From positions 128,001-192,000 of the forward strand of contig JBGAON010000005.1 in the NCBI GenBank assembly GCA_044221725.1: DNA of 64,000 bases, given 5' to 3'. The notes under the pieces were generated by a model, which searched no databases, was not told where the DNA came from, and worked only from the letters and a program-made list of their open reading frames with translations. Position numbers and translations under genes: made by a program. Every line of letters starts with the position of its first letter. Position 1 is the stretch's first letter. Shown piece by piece: positions 61,212-64,000 of this stretch. The stretch comes from Elusimicrobiota bacterium (GTDB lineage Bacteria > Elusimicrobiota > Elusimicrobia > F11).

Positions 61212-64000
61212 ATGATCTACGCCGATCGAGAGCAAGTTTCAGTATTTGTTCGACTCAAAAAACTCACTGCGGTTTCCATCCTTTTTAGTTTCACGTTCAA
61301 CCAAATCCTTTTCGCGCATGTGCCCGAGACATCGGTTTGGTCCGAACGCCAACGAGCCCAGCCGTCATCCCGGCACGTATTTGGCCGGGATTCACGTGTT
61401 CTCCACGAAAACCTAGGTCTCGTACCAAAGGAACGTACCGGGACGATGGGTTCTCTCGCCGCCTTCTCCACGCTTCGTGAAACCTACAAAGGCGGGTCTG
61501 GTACATCCCTCCTTATTATTCAGGATATTCACTTAAACACCGAGGCCCAAGCGAACATTGTGAAAATGTTCGACGTGCTGAAAAAAGAAGGGCGCCTTGG
61601 CACCATCGCCACCGAAGGCGTTTCCGGAAAATTCAATTTCGCACAGTTTTTTGCGCCGGGCAATGAGTCGGCTCGCAAAGTGGTGGCCCAGGCATTTTTG
61701 AACGATAAACGAATTGCAGCTCCGTCGTATTTTGGCGTTACCGCTCAGCAGCCAAACGCGAACGTGTTTGGCGTTGATGATGAGTCGCTCTATGCTCGAA
61801 ATGTGCAGGCGTATGTTGACAGCTCGAAAAAACAGAAGGAGCTAGTTAAGAATATAGAAATCGAGCGCCGTGCCGTGGCTGAGCAGAAAAGAAAAATATT
61901 CAACGCCGACTTGATGCGTTTGGATTCGATAGTTGATTCGTATCAGGCGGGCAGCCTTCCGCTTGGAAAATTTTTGCCGCACCTTACGTTCACGTCGCCG
62001 GCGTTAAAGAAGTTCGCGGAAGCGTATGCGCTCGAGCAGAAAATCGATTTTGATCGCGTCGCGCGCGAACGCCGCTCCGTCATGGAAGTGCAAGCGCTTT
62101 CCGTTTCTCAGAAGAAAATGTTCGGCGATTATTTGCGCTACGTCGATTTGGCAAACAGCATCAACGCCGATGAACTTGTTCGCGAATTGCAGGCGGCCAC
62201 GAAAGCATCGTTGCTGGTTCTCGCAAAAACGCCAGCCGAACGCGAGCTGCTGCAAGCGTCTCGCGCGCTCGTTCTAAAAACACATCTTGTTAAGTTCTCC
62301 CTAACGCCGGAGGAATGGAAAGAGATCCGTGGCCTCAAAGGTGTCGGCTTTAAGCCGTTCGACGATTTTTATTCGCTGGCGGACTCTCGCAGCGAAAAGA
62401 TGGTCGAGAACCTGTTGAACGAAAGCTCAAAGCCATCCGTTCTTGTGATCGGCGGTTTCCACACGCCGGGGGTCACGGCAGCGCTCAAAAAGCGCGGCAT
62501 TGGTTATTCTGTCCTCACACCGAAAGTTACGAAGCTCGAAGATTCCGATTCCTCGTATCTGTCCATCTTCACGCGTGAAAAGACGCCAATCGAGAAATTG
62601 TTCGCTGGTGAAAAGCTTACGATCCTACCGCAGCAAGTGTTGATCGGAGGAAACGGTCGGCTTGCGCAACAGTCCAATGACTTGTTTCGCCTCGAGTTGG
62701 CTTTCACGGAACTCGCTGCACAAATTCGTGCGATGCGCATTCACCGGTATCAGAGCACCGTTGGTGAGAACATTGCTTACACCAACATTCAAGGTCAGGA
62801 TTATTATGGAATTGATCCGACGCTGGGAATCAATGTGCCGAAGGGATTCGAGAGACACGGCCTTATCACGGCGCCGGATGGAACGCGTGTCCTTCTCCTC
62901 GAGCGAACGTCCAAGAGCATTTTCTCCATTGAAGGATTGAAAGGTGCCGTACAAGCACTTAAAGATGTTAACAGCGTAATAGCAGCGAATCGTTACACGA
63001 TAACGCTTCTGGCGGGCTTGGTGTTGTTCGCATCGACGGGAAAAACATTCTTCCTTGGAATTGCGGCGCTTCCTTTTATTTTCGGCCTCACGATCGTTTC
63101 TTCCCCGGTCGGCGCGTCCAATTGGGTAGAAGAAAACACGCCTGGTTTGGCGGGCAAGAATATCATCGAAGTAACAATGGAGATGGCGTTACCCGATGCT
63201 GCGATCGAGGAGCTTTCGCGCCGCGGTGCAACCGATGACGAGCTCCGCGCCGTTGCCATGGCTTCTTCGACGGGCGGGATCGGTCCGTTGTTGCACGAGC
63301 GCGTTATTGCGCAGTCCAATTTGGGAGCCCACGTTACCGCGGTTTCGCTTTTGTACGACAAAGTGTGGGTTCAGAAATTCAAAAAAGACAAAGACGGTCA
63401 TGACATCATCAATCTCGAGAAAGTGGAAGTCGGGCATCTGCTGCGAAATTATTTCGAAAAAATGCCGTTCACGATTGATCTTGAAATGTACGACGAATCC
63501 ATTGTCACCGCAGAGGTGTACCGCGCACCAACTGGCCTTTACGGACGTGCCAACGTGTATTTCCTTTATCACCCGTCGATGACCGAAGTGGTGTACCCCG
63601 GCGAAAGAGATTTTCCGGATCCCCAAGAACCCGAAAAAACCACAAAGCGACGGCAGTTTAAAGAGACCAGCCGGTTGCAACAAAACTGGTTGGTGGGCCG
63701 GGGAACCTTGGCGTTGCTCGAAAAACTGAACGAACAGACCAACGTGGCGCCCGATGTTATCGTCATGAGCGAAATGCCGACGGTGTTTGTTCATCACCGA
63801 ATGTTTTTGGATCGGTTCTCGGAACACCCACTGTTCCGAAAAGCAAGTTATATTTTCAATGATCACACGCCGCTCGAATATGCGCATCCGAAATGGATGT
63901 GGCATGAACTGAAGAACATGCGACTTGACCCGCGCTATTACGAAGGAATTCCGTCCGTGTGGGGAAGCAAAGATGGGGAGCGGGCCGTTGATGGCACCGC
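61212..64000 (+). CDS. 3'-truncated fourth family member (>929 aa): N-terminal family domain plus alpha-glucan phosphorylase (GT35)-like domain; not in the ORF track
   Basis: My translation of the start, the middle and the end of this frame: MIYADREQVSVFVRLKKLTAVSILFSFTFNQILFAH..WSER..IIQDIH..ATEG..VIGGFH..SYLSIFTREKTPIEKLFAGEKL, then a TM, then EVTMEMAL..STGGIGPLL..VSLLY..RLQQNWLVGRG..IFNDHTP. No stop seen in the parts I translated, and all motifs lie in one frame. Confidence 0.88.
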   Translation, partial: MIYADREQVSVFVRLKKLTAVSILFSFTFNQILFAHVPETSVWSERQRAQPSSRHVFGRDSRVLHENLGLVPKERTGTMGSLAAFSTLRETYKGGSGTSLLIIQDIHLNTEAQANIVKMFDVLKKEGRLGTIATEGVSGKFNFAQFFAPGNESARKVVAQAFLNDKRIAAPSYFGVTAQQPNANVFGVDDESLYARNVQAYVDSSKKQKELVKNIEIERRAVAEQKRKIFNADLMRLDSIVDSYQAGSLPLGKFLPHLTFTSPALKKFAEAYALEQKIDFDRVARERRSVMEVQALSVSQKKMFGDYLRYVDLANSINADELVRELQAATKASLLVLAKTPAERELLQASRALVLKTHLVKFSLTPEEWKEIRGLKGVGFKPFDDFYSLADSRSEKMVENLLNESSKPSVLVIGGFHTPGVTAALKKRGIGYSVLTPKVTKLEDSDSSYLSIFTREKTPIEKLFAGEKLTILPQQVLIGGNGRLAQQSNDLFRLELAFTELAAQIRAMRIHRYQSTVGENIAYTNIQGQDYYGIDPTLGINVPKGFERHGLITAPDGTRVLLLERTSKSIFSIEGLKGAVQALKDVNSVIAANRYTITLLAGLVLFASTGKTFFLGIAALPFIFGLTIVSSPVGASNWVEENTPGLAGKNIIEVTMEMALPDAAIEELSRRGATDDELRAVAMASSTGGIGPLLHERVIAQSNLGAHVTAVSLLYDKVWVQKFKKDKDGHDIINLEKVEVGHLLRNYFEKMPFTIDLEMYDESIVTAEVYRAPTGLYGRANVYFLYHPSMTEVVYPGERDFPDPQEPEKTTKRRQFKETSRLQQNWLVGRGTLALLEKLNEQTNVAPDVIVMSEMPTVFVHHRMFLDRFSEHPLFRKASYIFNDHTPLEYAHPKWMWHELKNMRLDPRYYEGIPSVWGSKDGERAVDGT

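Overview
Bacterial genomic window, probably Elusimicrobiota or a related lineage such as Omnitrophota (inferred from gene content only). The left part has housekeeping and envelope genes: a TPR protein, HEAT protein, recR, dnaX, a ZIP transporter, a PorV-like barrel, an S8 protease with a T9SS-like tail, an M23 peptidase and class II ribonucleotide reductase nrdJ. It also has a DUF559 endonuclease locus embedded in REP-like palindromes, with a related palindromic element inserted in-frame in dnaX. The right part has a minor-pilin operon interrupted by IS256, then a tandem array of very large modular genes: 2529 aa, 8862 aa, and a fourth family member that runs off the window and is absent from the ORF track. 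The main candidate system is four paralogues (1-2406, 25757-33346, 33507-60095, 61212->64000). They share one N-terminal domain (QDxH / EG / GxDD / R-x-x-x-M / GGFH, possibly a Tiki/TraB/EreA-like fold) fused to different cargo: a methyltransferase, GH18, eukaryote-type hexokinase, an FKS1/callose-synthase (GT48)-like module, a HIT nucleotidyl-phosphorylase, HExxH peptidase motifs and a glucan-phosphorylase-like domain. The three tandem genes and the TPR gene share a four-repeat, 11/10/11-bp-spaced Pho-box-like promoter. An IS30 sits exactly at the stop codon of the 8862-aa gene and supplies a replacement stop. No rRNA, tRNA or CRISPR array was recognised. All family calls come from motif recognition by eye, not from database searches.
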